Positions 26,638 to 35,133 of a stretch of DNA of 52,713 nucleotides are shown in pieces (positions within the stretch are counted from its first letter, which is position 1; the number at the start of each line of letters is the position of its first letter). The notes beneath the pieces are model-generated. The model was not told the DNA's origin. It searched no databases and saw nothing but the letters and a program-made list of their open reading frames with translations. Position numbers and translations under genes: made by a program. This stretch comes from a virus (Duplodnaviria; Caudoviricetes): positions 1 to 52,713 of IMG/VR virus record IMGVR_UViG_3300037882_001471. The stretch is one strand, 5' to 3'.

Positions 26638-26653
26638 ACACAAGATATGGTGT
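26638..26653. promoter_or_regulatory. NrdR-like box upstream of portal
   Basis: acaCaAgATaTgGtgt, near-perfect match to acaCwAtATaTwGtgt. Confidence 0.6.
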
Positions 26654-26710
26654 TCTGGCCTTTACTTCCCAACAATAAGCAGTTAATATCGCACCAAAAG
26701 GGGAGCTATT

Positions 26711-28204
26711 ATGGCCGCTGAAGTCCATCCGTTGCTGGTTCGCGCTAAAGATGTAGCCTCGATGGTTCCGTATTGGGATCAGGTAGAGGCGATCGTAGAG
26801 GGTTATGAAGCCGTGAAATCGGCAGGCAAAACCTATCTTCCCATGTTCCCCGATGAAACCGTAACCGATTACGGTTTCCGCCTTGAATGCACAAAATTCA
26901 CGAACATTTATCGTGACGTGCTTGAAGGTCTTGCCACCAAACCTTTTGAGGAAGAAATCACGCTCATTGCAGGCGCGGGTTCCGGCAAAGATGGCAAAGG
27001 TGAAGTCGATCCTGAAGCAGCAGCGTTCGCAGAAGATGTGGACGGCGCGGGAAATAATCTCAGCATGTTCGCGGCGCTGACTTTCTTCAGCGGCATCAAT
27101 GAAGCGATTAACTGGATTTTTGTCGATTATCCTGTTGTCGAATTGCAGCCTGGTCAAGTGATCTCGCAGGCTGAAGCGAAACAGAAAAATCTGAAGCCGT
27201 TCTGGTCGCATGTGCTCGCGCGCAATGTGTATGAAGTTCGCACGAAAATTATCGGCGCGAAAGAACTGCTCACCTACATTCGCATCTTCGAACCGGCAAG
27301 CGACACGATAACAAAAGATCGCGTGCGCGTGTTCCAACGCAGCGATGATGGTGTTGTGACATGGGAGCTTTTCGAGAAGAATGAGGAAGCGAAGGAAATC
27401 GAAAATCAGATGGTCAGGATCGGCGGCGGCACTCTGAGCATCGACGTGATTCCGTTCGTGCCGTTCATCACCGGTCGCCGGGATGGGCGCACTTTTAAAT
27501 TCTCACCTGTCATGCGCGATGCTGCGGATTTGCAGATGACGCTTTACAAAAACGAATCGGCGCTGGAATTCATCAAGGTCATGGCGGGCTATCCGATGCT
27601 CGCTGCGAACGGAATGAAGCCGCAGATGGGGCCGGATGGTAAAACGCCTCTCAAGCTCGCCATTGGCCCGATGCGCGTGTTATACGGTGTGCCTGATGGG
27701 GCGGGCAACAGCGGATCGTGGAGCTTCATCGAGCCGAATGCAAATTCGATGGAATTCCTGCAAAAGAACATCGACAAAACCAAGCAGGATTTGCGTGAAC
27801 TCGGTCGCCAGCCGCTTACCGCGCTGTCGAGCCAGCTTACCACCGTGACCACTTCCATTGCCGCCGGTAAAGCCCGCAGTGCTGTGACTGCATGGGCGCT
27901 GGCGCTCAAGGATGCGCTGGAAAATGCGCTCAAGATCACGATGAAATACATGAACAGCGTGGTAGAGCCGGAAGTGAATGTTTACACCGGATTCGACAAC
28001 GTGACCGATGACGGCAGCGATCTCGAAGCGCTCGCCACGGCACGCGAGAATGGCGACATCTCGCAGGAAACTTATCTGTTCGAATTGAAGCGGCGCAAGG
28101 TTCTTTCGCCGGAATTCAATTACGAAGCGGAGAAAAAACGCTTGCTCAACGACATTCCCGCCGGGGGTGAAGAAGACGAGCCAAAGAATCCAGGCGATGC
28201 ATAA
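26711..28204 (+). CDS. portal protein (DUF4055-like)
   Basis: AGKTYLP...Y..RL, VIPFVPF, GDISQETYLFELKRRKVL; follows TerL. Confidence 0.88.
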   Translation: MAAEVHPLLVRAKDVASMVPYWDQVEAIVEGYEAVKSAGKTYLPMFPDETVTDYGFRLECTKFTNIYRDVLEGLATKPFEEEITLIAGAGSGKDGKGEVDPEAAAFAEDVDGAGNNLSMFAALTFFSGINEAINWIFVDYPVVELQPGQVISQAEAKQKNLKPFWSHVLARNVYEVRTKIIGAKELLTYIRIFEPASDTITKDRVRVFQRSDDGVVTWELFEKNEEAKEIENQMVRIGGGTLSIDVIPFVPFITGRRDGRTFKFSPVMRDAADLQMTLYKNESALEFIKVMAGYPMLAANGMKPQMGPDGKTPLKLAIGPMRVLYGVPDGAGNSGSWSFIEPNANSMEFLQKNIDKTKQDLRELGRQPLTALSSQLTTVTTSIAAGKARSAVTAWALALKDALENALKITMKYMNSVVEPEVNVYTGFDNVTDDGSDLEALATARENGDISQETYLFELKRRKVLSPEFNYEAEKKRLLNDIPAGGEEDEPKNPGDA

Positions 28205-28234
28205 ACCTGATTCACACACTAGGAGATTAGTATC

Positions 28235-29050
28235 ATGAAAAGACTTTTTACTACGGTGAGCTTCCTCGCGTTTTTGAGCGCTCACGATAACGGCACGCCC
28301 GGTTGGAAACTGGACGCTGAAGGCAAGATCGTACTGAAAGACGGCAACCCTGTTTACATCAACGCCAGCGGTCAGGAGCAGACTGTTGGAGGCGATACCA
28401 TCAGCAATCTCAATAAAGAATCGAAGGCTCATCGTGAGCGCGCGGAGGCGGCGGAAGCAAAGCTGAAACCGTTCGAAGGTATCGATGTCGAAGCCGCCAA
28501 GAAAGCGCTCGAAACCGTGAAGAATATCGATGCCAAAAAACTCATCGATGCAGGTGAAGTCGAAAAGGTGAAAGACCAGATCAAAAAAGAATTCACCACG
28601 CAACTCGAAGAAAAAGACAAGACCACTCAAACTCTGCAACAGCGTATCGATAACATGCTTGTGGACGGTATTTTCTCGAACTCCACTTTCGTTCGTGACA
28701 ACATCGCCGTGCCGCAGGATATGTTTCAGGCTGCGTTCCGCAATAACTTCAAAATCGAAGACGGCAAGATCATAACTTACGATAAATCGGGCAATCGCCT
28801 GATGAGCAAGCAGCGTGCCGGTGAATATGCTGATCCTGAAGAAGCTCTGCAACTGCTTGTGGAGATGCACCCGCAGAAGGAAACCATTCTGAAAGCCAAT
28901 CCCGGTAGCGGCACTGGCAATCAGGGCGGTGGCGGCAACCGTGGCACGGGCCGTGTCATGAAACGTGCTGAATTCGAGAAGCTGCCCCCCGCTGGTCAGG
29001 CAGATATTTCGGGCAAAGTTTCGAAGGGTGAAATGCAGCTTGTTGACTGA
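28235..29050 (+). CDS. capsid scaffolding protein (DUF6651-like)
   Basis: KLDAEGKIVLKDGNPVY, KLIDAGEVEKVK, GEYADPEEAL, M.RAEFEKL; between portal and capsid. Confidence 0.85.
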   Translation: MKRLFTTVSFLAFLSAHDNGTPGWKLDAEGKIVLKDGNPVYINASGQEQTVGGDTISNLNKESKAHRERAEAAEAKLKPFEGIDVEAAKKALETVKNIDAKKLIDAGEVEKVKDQIKKEFTTQLEEKDKTTQTLQQRIDNMLVDGIFSNSTFVRDNIAVPQDMFQAAFRNNFKIEDGKIITYDKSGNRLMSKQRAGEYADPEEALQLLVEMHPQKETILKANPGSGTGNQGGGGNRGTGRVMKRAEFEKLPPAGQADISGKVSKGEMQLVD

Positions 29051-29062
29051 TTCTAAAGCCAG

Positions 29063-29091
29063 TTGACGAATTGCTCTGACTATCGTATAGT
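29063..29091 (+). promoter_or_regulatory. sigma70-like promoter for major capsid gene
   Basis: TTGACG-17-TATAGT. Confidence 0.75.
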
Positions 29092-29100
29092 TACACTGCA

Positions 29101-29140
29101 TCGTTTTGGATGAAACGAAGCGCTTAGGTTGGATGACCTT
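29101..29140 (+). promoter_or_regulatory. twin TGGATG-loop hairpins in capsid mRNA leader
   Basis: TCGTTT-TGGATG-AAACGA and AGGT-TGGATG-ACCT. Confidence 0.65.
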
Positions 29141-29218
29141 ACAATTTTTGGTTAAACAATTGGCGCTTCGTTTCTTCTATTCATGGAAGTTGCGCCGCTA
29201 AACAAGAGGTGTACTTTT

Positions 29219-30439
29219 ATGAATAAGACTGCAAAGAAGAAGAAAGTTGCGACTTTCAATATTCTGTCGGGAGCATACGCCTCGGCAAATACCCTCACCG
29301 GACTGATCCCCGATCTCTACGCTGGCCTCGAAGTGGTTTCGCGTGAACTCGTGGGCTTCATTCCCTCCGTAACACGCAATGCGAACGCAGAACGCGCGGC
29401 TCTGGATGAGTATGTCACTTATCCGATCGCTCCGCTGCCGACCGCCTTCAACGTGACTCCGGCGATGGCAATCCCTGAACCCACCGATCAGACAATCGGC
29501 TACGGTCAGATGCGCATCACCAAATCACGCGGTGTGAACTTCGGCTACATCGGTGAAGAACAGAAGGGTCTGAATAACGGCCCCGGCTACATGAGTGTGA
29601 TGGCGCAACAGTTTGCGCAGGCACTTCGTGTTCTCACCAACGAAATCGAAGTCGATCTGGCAACCGAAGCTGCTGCCAATGCCTGCCGCGCTTACGGCGC
29701 TTCCGGCACGACTCCGTTCGCAACCAACGTGGGTGAATCCGCGCAGATTCGTAAGATTCTCGATGACAATGGCGCGCCGCCTTCTGGCCGCTCGCTGATC
29801 ATCGATACGACTGCCGGTGCAAACCTCCGCACGCTCGCTCAGTTGACGAAAGCCAACGAAGCCGGCACGACCATGACTCTGCGCCAAGGCGAAATCCTTG
29901 ACCTGAATGGTCTGTCGATCAAGGAATCGGCTGGCATCGTGCGTCCCGCAGTCGGTACGAACAACGGTTCGGCCTCTACCAACAACGCTGGTTACGCTGT
30001 TGGCTCCACCACGTTCACGCTGGCTTCGGCTGGTACTGGTACGATCGTAGCGGGTGATTACATCACCTTCGCGGGCGATACCAATAAGTACCTGGTCGTA
30101 ACCGGTGATGCTGACGTGTCTGGTGGTGGTACGATCGTGATTGCCGCACCTGGCATCAAGATCGCTATCCCGGCCTCCAACACCGTGATCACGACCGTTG
30201 CGATCACCACCCGCAACATCGCCTTCAGCCAGGATGCTCTGCACCTGGTGGCACGCGCCCCGGCGCTGCCGCAGGAAGGTGATGCCGCGATCGATCGCTT
30301 CACTCTGACTGATCCGCGTAGCGGCCTGGTATTCGAGGTGTCTCTGTACCCCGGCTACCGCAAAATCCGCGCCGAAGTAACGATGGCGTGGGGTGTGAAG
30401 GCCACGAAGCGTCAACATATCGCCGCGCTACTCGGTTAA
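29219..30439 (+). CDS. major capsid protein (P22 coat-like, HK97 fold)
   Basis: ANTLTGLIPDLYAGLEVVSRELVGFIP, RKILDDNGAP, TDPRSGLVFEV, AWGVKA; RBS AAGAGG before ATG 29219. Confidence 0.9.
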   Translation: MNKTAKKKKVATFNILSGAYASANTLTGLIPDLYAGLEVVSRELVGFIPSVTRNANAERAALDEYVTYPIAPLPTAFNVTPAMAIPEPTDQTIGYGQMRITKSRGVNFGYIGEEQKGLNNGPGYMSVMAQQFAQALRVLTNEIEVDLATEAAANACRAYGASGTTPFATNVGESAQIRKILDDNGAPPSGRSLIIDTTAGANLRTLAQLTKANEAGTTMTLRQGEILDLNGLSIKESAGIVRPAVGTNNGSASTNNAGYAVGSTTFTLASAGTGTIVAGDYITFAGDTNKYLVVTGDADVSGGGTIVIAAPGIKIAIPASNTVITTVAITTRNIAFSQDALHLVARAPALPQEGDAAIDRFTLTDPRSGLVFEVSLYPGYRKIRAEVTMAWGVKATKRQHIAALLG

Positions 30440-30500
30440 TCTCCTAGTGTGTGACGATGGTTCCCCTACGGTTAGTTGCTCCTTTCCGTGGGGGAATTTC
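30434..30500 (+). ncRNA. capsid 3'-UTR hairpin/terminator carrying anti-RBS sequences (candidate sRNA)
   Basis: 11-bp stem 30461-30471/30486-30496, loop ttagttgctccttt, short U tail; 30437-30454 is the reverse complement of 28212-28229. Confidence 0.55.
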
Positions 30501-30515
30501 TAAGAGAGGTAGGCC

Positions 30516-31040
30516 ATGAATAAGAATACCATTCGCGTTGAACGCGGCACGATAATGAAACTGACCGCCGCTGCTGCGGCTACGGTATGGCTTCTCAAAG
30601 CTGGTCAGCAAGAAACCCTGCACGCAAGTCTAGCTGCCGGTGAAGAACTGTTCTTAGGGCCGTATTTCAACACTGTCGAATTCAGTGCTGTATCGGAACT
30701 CCCTGTGACCGTTGCGAATCAAGCCGAAGATTTCGATGCGCCGGTAGGCATCTTCGATTACATTCCGCCTCGCAATGTCACGCGCCCGGTTGTTTCCGGC
30801 ACGACCGAAACCGGTGAAGACCTTTCCGTAACCAACGGCGTATGGCTCGGCAATGCTACCATCACTTTCGCTTATCAGTGGAATCGTGACGGTGTTGCAA
30901 TTACCGACGCTGATGAAGCGACTTACGAACTGGTTGAAGATGACGAGGACGCTGACATTACCTGCACTGTCACCGCGACGAATTCTCTTGGCTCCACCAG
31001 TGCTTTGAGTAATGAAGTAGGCCCGATTACCGCGCCGTAA
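30516..31040 (+). CDS. Ig-like domain head decoration protein
   Basis: C-terminal PVVSGT..GEDL...G.W....FAYQWNRDG...ITCTVTATNS. Confidence 0.7.
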   Translation: MNKNTIRVERGTIMKLTAAAAATVWLLKAGQQETLHASLAAGEELFLGPYFNTVEFSAVSELPVTVANQAEDFDAPVGIFDYIPPRNVTRPVVSGTTETGEDLSVTNGVWLGNATITFAYQWNRDGVAITDADEATYELVEDDEDADITCTVTATNSLGSTSALSNEVGPITAP

Positions 31041-31115
31041 TAATAATTTGACGGTTCGGTAAAAAGGTTATAATCTGCGATCACTACTTTTCGCAACCAA
31101 ACCAAGGAGAATTTT

Positions 31116-31613
31116 ATGAGCGAGCAAGTACCCACAGTGAAGGTCAAGATGAAGGGTGATAAGAGCAAGGAAACCTTCGTCATCAACATGACCGATTTCA
31201 ACAAAGACAAGCACGAGATGGTCAAGGGCGAAGAACTGCCGCCGCTGAAGCCGCTCGATCCCGCGCAGAAAGAATCTCTGTACGGCAGCAGCAAGCAGCC
31301 TTCCTCGTGGAAGCTGGACAACGGCTCAACCGTGCAACTCGGTGACGTGGTTCGCGCCGCATTCGAAAAGAGCGGCCTGACTGAAGAACAGTGGAATGCC
31401 ATACCGCAGGACGATCGTGAGTCCCACATCGCCGCTATGGTGAAGGAAATGATTCCTTCCCCGCCTCCCTTCAAGGTAGCGAAGCGCGGTCGCGGTAACG
31501 CAACCAAATTCTTCGTGATCAATACCGTTGAAGGAACGCCGGTTGGCGAAGAAGAATACGCCACCGAAGCCGAAGCGCTCAACAAAATTACTGAACTGAC
31601 ACAGGCCGCGTAA
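31116..31613 (+). CDS. hypothetical head-module protein
   Basis: AAGGAG RBS; VPTVKV...VINMTDF motif seen after capsid genes. Confidence 0.6.
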   Translation: MSEQVPTVKVKMKGDKSKETFVINMTDFNKDKHEMVKGEELPPLKPLDPAQKESLYGSSKQPSSWKLDNGSTVQLGDVVRAAFEKSGLTEEQWNAIPQDDRESHIAAMVKEMIPSPPPFKVAKRGRGNATKFFVINTVEGTPVGEEEYATEAEALNKITELTQAA

Positions 31614-32119
31614 TGTACGGAACAGCGGAAGGCTTTGCAGCATACCATGAAAGCCGGGGTCGTGAGATTCCCGGCACATGGAGCGATGACACTATCGAAG
31701 CTGCATTGCTTTCCGCTTCCGAATGGATTGACAGCATATATGGCCCGTCCTTCATCGGTCACAAAACCGATGGATTCGAGCAGGAAAATGAATGGCCGCG
31801 CACAAATGCCGTGGTCATGGATTCCACACCTGCTTACGTTTACGATACCGATGCGATTCCCGCGCGCGTCACGAAAGCCGCATACGAAGCCGCATGGCGG
31901 CAGGCAACCACCCCCGGATCGCTGTTGGTGGATTATACCCCCGGCAAGTATAAGAGCGTCAGCATTGATGGCGCATTGAGCGTGGAATATCGCCAGTTCG
32001 ATAGCGCATACGAAGTGCAGGTGCAGATCGGCGCAGTTGATACATTGCTCTGGCCGCTGCTGGATATGTCTTCTGGCGGAAAGACCAGCACCTTGTCTGG
32101 TGCTGCGAGCCGTGTATGA
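31613..32119 (+). CDS. head-tail adaptor (DnaT-like)
   Basis: MYGT...AYHESRG, AALLSASEWID, Q..EWPR, IPARV.KAAYEAA. Confidence 0.8.
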   Translation: MYGTAEGFAAYHESRGREIPGTWSDDTIEAALLSASEWIDSIYGPSFIGHKTDGFEQENEWPRTNAVVMDSTPAYVYDTDAIPARVTKAAYEAAWRQATTPGSLLVDYTPGKYKSVSIDGALSVEYRQFDSAYEVQVQIGAVDTLLWPLLDMSSGGKTSTLSGAASRV

Positions 32120-32382
32120 AGACGAAACTGGTAGCTCCTTCAGAACCAGTATTAGCAGCCCGCACGGATGTTCTCGCTACTTTGAAGAAGCATCAGGAGA
32201 AATTAACTGCTGAAGAAATTCTTGCAGTTATGGCGCATCTCGTCGGGCAAATCATTGCTTTTCAAGATCAGCATAAAATTACCCGTGAAGCGGCGCTGAG
32301 TCTGGTCATTGCAAACATCGAGGCGGGCAATGCGGAAGCGATCGCATCGCTTTATAACGCACCGCCGGGAGGTCACGCATGA
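32116..32382 (+). CDS. hypothetical protein inserted in neck module
   Basis: ATGA-coupled on both sides. Confidence 0.6.
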   Translation: MKTKLVAPSEPVLAARTDVLATLKKHQEKLTAEEILAVMAHLVGQIIAFQDQHKITREAALSLVIANIEAGNAEAIASLYNAPPGGHA

Positions 32383-32735
32383 CCATTTACGATGACATGA
32401 AAACTGTCGGCGCTGAACTGCTGGCTGAATTCAAGCAAGGAACCATCACGCTCGTCCAAATCACACCTGGTGATGGCCCTGCTGATGATCCTGGCGAACC
32501 CGATGAAGATTCCTACACTCTCGATGCTGTTGTAAAAGGAGCGCCCTTCAAATATCTCCGCGATGGTTTCGTTACCGCAACGGATTTGCTGGTAACAGCA
32601 GCCGTGATCGACGGAGTGACACCGACCAAGAATGATTTCATTGAAATTGATGGTGTTAGGTGTAAGATAATTGAGGACGTGAGCGCACCGAGCGCAGGCA
32701 CAAGGGCTGTGTGGAAGTTCCTCGTCCGTAGGTGA
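32379..32735 (+). CDS. head-closure / head-tail joining protein
   Basis: YDDM...ELLAEFKQG, DG.....DL, D.IEIDG; synteny. Confidence 0.7.
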   Translation: MTIYDDMKTVGAELLAEFKQGTITLVQITPGDGPADDPGEPDEDSYTLDAVVKGAPFKYLRDGFVTATDLLVTAAVIDGVTPTKNDFIEIDGVRCKIIEDVSAPSAGTRAVWKFLVRR

Positions 32736-32741
32736 GGACGC

Positions 32742-33776
32742 ATGGCAATTTATTCCACACTGGAAAAGATCGAAGCTCTGAAGATACCAGAAGTTCGACG
32801 GATATTCCTTGAAGTGATGCAAGACATCGTGGACGGCGCGATGATCGATGAGATGATCGCCGCCATCGAAGCGAACGATGCCGAAAGGTTGTTCCGCGCC
32901 ACCGGGTTCACTCCTGCGGCGCTCGGCCCCATCCTTGATTCCATCGAGCAAATTTATCAGGATTCTGCGGAAACCACCGTGGCCGGCTGGCCGAAAAGAA
33001 TCCGCACGCCTACCGGTCTTTTCCTATTTCGCTTCGATATGCGCAACCCGCGCGTGGAACAGGATTTGAAAACGATCTCAAGCAAGCTCATCTCCGCGAT
33101 CGAAGAAGACGTGCGCCAGAATGTGCGCAATGCTTTGCAGCAGGGCGCGATCGACGGCGCGAATCCGCGCGCCACGGCATTGAATATCGTAGGGCGCATC
33201 GATCCTGTGACGAAGAAGCGCACGGGCGGGTTAGTCGGGCTTACCGAACATCAGGGTAATTGGGTACGCAACACACAGCGTTATCTTGAGCAGCTTGATC
33301 CGAAATATTTCAATCTGAAGCTGCGCGATAAGCGGTTTGATAGCCTCGTGCAGAAAGCCATTGATTCAGGTAAAAGCATTCCTAAAGATGACATCGAGCG
33401 CTTGACCACTGCCTATAAAAACAAAGCGCTGAAGCATCGCGGCGATGCCATTGCGCGTACAGAAACCGTGCAGACAATGAATCGCGGTGAATTCATGGCA
33501 AACACTCAGGCTGTAGAGCAAGGGTTGATTGCGCGCGATGCTGTGACGAAAGAATGGGATGATACCGGCGATAAAAAAGTGCGCGGCACGCATCGTTTTC
33601 TCGCTGCGAAATACGGCAAGGGGAAGGGCATCGGTCTTGATGAGCCGTTTGTTTCTTCCTCCGGCGCGCGCATGATGTACCCTGGCGATTCCAGCTTAAA
33701 CGCTGGCGCAGAAGAAATTGTGAACTGCCGATGCCGCCTGCATGTGCGCGTTGACTGGTTAGCGGGGATCGACTAA
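32742..33776 (+). CDS. head morphogenesis protein (Mu gpF / SPP1 gp7 family)
   Basis: IARTET, KEW..TGD..VR.TH, MYPGD, EEIVNCRC. Confidence 0.85.
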   Translation: MAIYSTLEKIEALKIPEVRRIFLEVMQDIVDGAMIDEMIAAIEANDAERLFRATGFTPAALGPILDSIEQIYQDSAETTVAGWPKRIRTPTGLFLFRFDMRNPRVEQDLKTISSKLISAIEEDVRQNVRNALQQGAIDGANPRATALNIVGRIDPVTKKRTGGLVGLTEHQGNWVRNTQRYLEQLDPKYFNLKLRDKRFDSLVQKAIDSGKSIPKDDIERLTTAYKNKALKHRGDAIARTETVQTMNRGEFMANTQAVEQGLIARDAVTKEWDDTGDKKVRGTHRFLAAKYGKGKGIGLDEPFVSSSGARMMYPGDSSLNAGAEEIVNCRCRLHVRVDWLAGID

Positions 33777-34201
33777 TGCCGACTACAGATTTTGAAACTC
33801 AGATCGATACCTTCGTGATCAACACGAAAGAAAGAATGCTTGGCGTTGTCAGGCAGTCGATCAGTAATGTCGTAGAGGAAACGCAGACACCAACCGCGAA
33901 AGGTGGCCGTATGCGCGTTAAAACCGGGTTTCTCCGCACCAGCGGAGGCGCGAGCTTGAATGCGCCGCCTACAGGCCCAACACGCGGTGATAAGCATAAG
34001 GTCTATACATGGGATGCCGACTCAGTAAATGTCGTGCTGGCGAAGATGAAGCTCGGTGATGCGTTCTATTTCGGCTGGACTGCGCACTATGCGAAGTATC
34101 GGGAAATCTACGATGGCTTTCTTGAAGCGGCATCGCAGAACTGGCAAAAGCACGTTGATCGTGCTGTCGCGCGCTTCAAGCAGAAGGATGCTGGTAAATG
34201 A
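33776..34201 (+). CDS. tail completion protein (HK97 gp10-like)
   Basis: GGRMRVKTGFLR.S, GWTA.YA..RE, A.QNW. Confidence 0.75.
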   Translation: MPTTDFETQIDTFVINTKERMLGVVRQSISNVVEETQTPTAKGGRMRVKTGFLRTSGGASLNAPPTGPTRGDKHKVYTWDADSVNVVLAKMKLGDAFYFGWTAHYAKYREIYDGFLEAASQNWQKHVDRAVARFKQKDAGK

Positions 34202-34617
34202 GCAAACCGAAAATAAAATACATCACCAGTAATTTTTTTCCCGTCTATATCGGGATAGCCTTTTGTGAGTCCGAATATCTGCAAGAAATGAAAAGGCTCG
34301 GCGTGAAAGAGATCATGGATTTTAACACGCACGCTGCCAGTGTGAAATATTTGACCAAAGGTGATCACCTGAACTGTGTGATCTGCATCGACCCTGTAAA
34401 ATACAAACATCTTCACCGCAATATGATGGCTGCGATGCTGGCGCACGAAGCAACGCATATTGCGGATTTGGCATTCGAGCACATCGGGGAGAATAAACCA
34501 GGTCAGGAAACCCGCGCTTATTTAGTTCAGGCTATCGTGCAGGATGCACTTTATGCTATGGATGATTTCATGAAGTCAAAGAAGGGGAAAAAACATGGTC
34601 GAAAAAGCAATCGTTGA
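34198..34617 (+). CDS. HExxH zincin-like protein
   Basis: LAHEATHIA...QETRAYL. Confidence 0.6.
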   Translation: MSKPKIKYITSNFFPVYIGIAFCESEYLQEMKRLGVKEIMDFNTHAASVKYLTKGDHLNCVICIDPVKYKHLHRNMMAAMLAHEATHIADLAFEHIGENKPGQETRAYLVQAIVQDALYAMDDFMKSKKGKKHGRKSNR

Positions 34618-35023
34618 GGCGTTGCAGAAAGCGGTTATTGCCGCCGTCGCAGCGTGCGATACTCCTACCCTTCCCGTAAAATATATCGGGCGCAATTTCA
34701 CCCCGCCGGCAGACAATACCGGCTGGCTGGAAATCGTAATCATCCCGAATAACGTCCAAGGTGAATTGTGGGGGCCGGAAAAAACCCATCGTGGAATGCT
34801 GCGACTAATCCTGCACTGGCCGATGAAAGATAAGGGAGCGTATGAACCGTTGGAACTTCTGGAAGACATTTCGAGCTACTTCATCAAAGGCCGCAGATTT
34901 GCGGATCAGGCGGCTACGGTATCGGTCAAAATAAGCGAAGGCCCGGACTTCAGAGGCGTGCTCGAAGAACCCCCGGAAATGCTGCTCCCGATGAGCATAA
35001 GGTACGAGTTTTTCGCTGCTTGA
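34595..35023 (+). CDS. tail terminator protein
   Basis: FTPP...WLE....N, G.L.L.L.WP..KG; precedes tail tube. Confidence 0.7.
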   Translation: MVEKAIVEALQKAVIAAVAACDTPTLPVKYIGRNFTPPADNTGWLEIVIIPNNVQGELWGPEKTHRGMLRLILHWPMKDKGAYEPLELLEDISSYFIKGRRFADQAATVSVKISEGPDFRGVLEEPPEMLLPMSIRYEFFAA

Positions 35024-35048
35024 CAATTCGGCCCTGAAAGCATATTCT
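35020..35048 (+). promoter_or_regulatory. sigma70-like promoter for tail tube operon
   Basis: TTGACA-17-TATTCT. Confidence 0.7.
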
Positions 35049-35060
35049 TAATCCTGCGAA

Positions 35061-35098
35061 GGATCGGATGATCTGACGTGCTAAGGTTGGATGACCTT
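35061..35098 (+). promoter_or_regulatory. twin YGGATG-loop hairpins in tail-tube mRNA leader
   Basis: GGAT-CGGATG-ATCT and AAGGT-TGGATG-ACCTT. Confidence 0.65.
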
Positions 35099-35133
35099 GT
35101 GTTTACAAATTGTAAAAACGAGGGATCATCCAT

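Noticed and set aside
29101-29140. Canonical CsrA/RsmA sites
   Set aside because: The loops contain GGA but lack the CANGGANG context, so they are kept only as an unknown GGAUG-loop motif
27680-30418. Long minus-strand ORFs (27680..29101, 29525..30418)
   Set aside because: Antisense shadows of the portal, scaffold and capsid genes caused by codon bias; no recognisable motifs or well-placed RBS
28212-30454. 18-bp inverted repeat as ends of an invertible or transposable scaffold-capsid cassette
   Set aside because: No recombinase or transposase, inversion would disrupt the late operon, and the repeat coincides precisely with an RBS, favouring RNA pairing
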